From NCBI GenBank assembly GCA_036676985.1, contig JAKFBU010000061.1:1-64000 (forward strand): a DNA stretch of 64,000 bases. Reading direction: 5' to 3'. This document shows positions 62,816-64,000 of this stretch, piece by piece. Numbering within the stretch: the first letter of the stretch is position 1; each line of letters opens with the position of its first letter. Made by a program: the position numbers and the translations under genes. The DNA comes from Candidatus Sericytochromatia bacterium (lineage in GTDB: Bacteria > Cyanobacteriota > Sericytochromatia > S15B-MN24 > UBA4093). The notes beneath the pieces are model-generated. The model was not told the DNA's origin, ran no database searches, and saw nothing but the letters and a program-made list of their open reading frames with translations.

Positions 62816-64000
62816 CTATGCGGATCGGGTGCGGAGCTGACGGAAGTGGGCTACATAGCCGCGCAGGGCTTGCCGGCTCTCGGGCCAGGCGAGGGCCGTG
62901 ATCGGCCCGAGGACGGTCCACCAGCCGAGCGGATGGGCGAAGAGGGGCAGCCCGAAGCCGGCCGCCCAGATGAGTGCCAGCCGGTAGTCGGGCGAGCCCA
63001 CGTGGCGGGCCAGGGAGTAGTGAATGACGCCGTAGCCCAGAAGCGAGCCAATCTCGGCCAGGCCGTAGCCCACCACCCCGAAGCGCCCCACGAACAGGTA
63101 GGCCATGCCGGCGAACAGCGCCATGTGCACCAGGTGGAAGGCCGTCACCGACCAGTTGCGATCCAGGACGTAGAGGACCGAGGCATGGAGCTTGAACATG
63201 GCATGGCCCAGGGTGCCGAGGGCGATGAAGGGGAAGATGGCGAGCGCGCTCAGCCACTTCGGACCGAACAGCAGGGGCATCAGCCAGGGGCCGAGCCATG
63301 CGAAGAGGACCAAGAGCGGCCCCATGGCGAGCAGCTGGAGGCGCATGCCGTCGGTGACGGCCTTGACCAGGCGTTGCTCGTCGCTCTGCACCCGGGCCAG
63401 AGCCGCGGTCGAGAGGCGCTGGGCGGCCCTCAGGACGAAGCTGAGAGCGTCGGTGAGGCGGACGGCGAGGGCGACGTAGCCCATGCCGGCCGCTCCTGCC
63501 AGGGGCCCGACCACCAGGGGGTTGACGAGGCTGCGGGCCTGCCACAGGAGGCGCGAGACCGAGAAGCCGAACCCGAAGCCCAGCATCTCCTTGAAGGCTC
63601 GGGTATCCCAGTGGAAGCCGGGTCGATAGCCCGCCAGGGGAAAGAGGAGCAGGTTCACGACGAGCTGCTGGGCCCACCAGCCTATCGTTGGCGCCCAGAC
63701 GCCCGCCCCCTTGAAGGCCAGAGGCAGGGCGGCGACGTAGAAGGCGATCTGCCCGCCGAGCTCCGCGAGGACGACCCAGCGGTAGTCCATGGCGCGCTGG
63801 AGCTTGGCGAGCGGGATCTGGCCGAGGAGCACCACCGGAAGACCCAGGATGAGCGTGCTCGCCACCGGGCCGAAGCTCGCCAGGCCCATGTAGCGGCTCA
63901 ACAGGGGGATCGACAGGAGCCCCACGGTGAGAAAGCAGACGCTCGAGAGGGAGAGGAGCGTGAAGGCCGTGTGCAGGTCCCGCTCCGTGAGCTCCCCCGG
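62816..64000 (-). CDS. Wzx-type oligosaccharide flippase (5'-truncated at window edge)
   Basis: Frame is open to 64000. LQR.MDY, GAGVW, LFG.KW and multiple TM segments. Confidence 0.85.
   Translation of the reverse strand, partial: PGELTERDLHTAFTLLSLSSVCFLTVGLLSIPLLSRYMGLASFGPVASTLILGLPVVLLGQIPLAKLQRAMDYRWVVLAELGGQIAFYVAALPLAFKGAGVWAPTIGWWAQQLVVNLLLFPLAGYRPGFHWDTRAFKEMLGFGFGFSVSRLLWQARSLVNPLVVGPLAGAAGMGYVALAVRLTDALSFVLRAAQRLSTAALARVQSDEQRLVKAVTDGMRLQLLAMGPLLVLFAWLGPWLMPLLFGPKWLSALAIFPFIALGTLGHAMFKLHASVLYVLDRNWSVTAFHLVHMALFAGMAYLFVGRFGVVGYGLAEIGSLLGYGVIHYSLARHVGSPDYRLALIWAAGFGLPLFAHPLGWWTVLGPITALAWPESRQALRGYVAHFRQLRTRSA

Noticed and set aside
2790-64000. Frequent GCGATCGC (cyanobacterial HIP1)
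   Set aside because: Expected from codons such as GCG ATC GCC in high-GC DNA. Enrichment cannot be claimed without an observed/expected count.

Overview
High-GC diderm bacterial chromosome segment (high-60s % GC by eye). The gene set (LptF/G/D/C/A, Lnt, MutS2, TrmFO, DprA-TopA, XerC) fits a Terrabacteria diderm such as Sericytochromatia, which is inference only. From 2.8 kb to 64 kb it is mostly core or envelope genes: MFS, formyltransferase, mutS2, a catalytically degenerate serine-recombinase homologue, a long minus-strand cluster (lptF/G-lptD-lipoprotein-propeptide-two subtilase/lipoprotein pairs-Ser/Thr kinase-pseudokinase/PP2C-two FHA), lnt-lptC-lptA, dprA-topA-trmFO, tdk, xerC, a histidine kinase, GGDEF/HD-GYP, hemA, three beta-helix lipoproteins and part of a polysaccharide locus. 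Three REP-like families are scattered through it. The standout is the low-GC left end (1-2786). It looks like a tandem array of integrase-less cassettes of about 1.33 kb, inserted at the Trp-Ala codons (TGGGC) near the start of the MFS gene. Each unit ends with its own replacement MFS N-terminus (MRKAFEIHAWA, LVRSKAELHSWA, MGRSKLELHSWA). Both complete units start with TGGGCATGG plus a shared terminator hairpin. Their cargo differs: DUF3800 with a leader RNA in one, and a MerR-like HTH, a structured RNA and a 28-aa peptide in the other.
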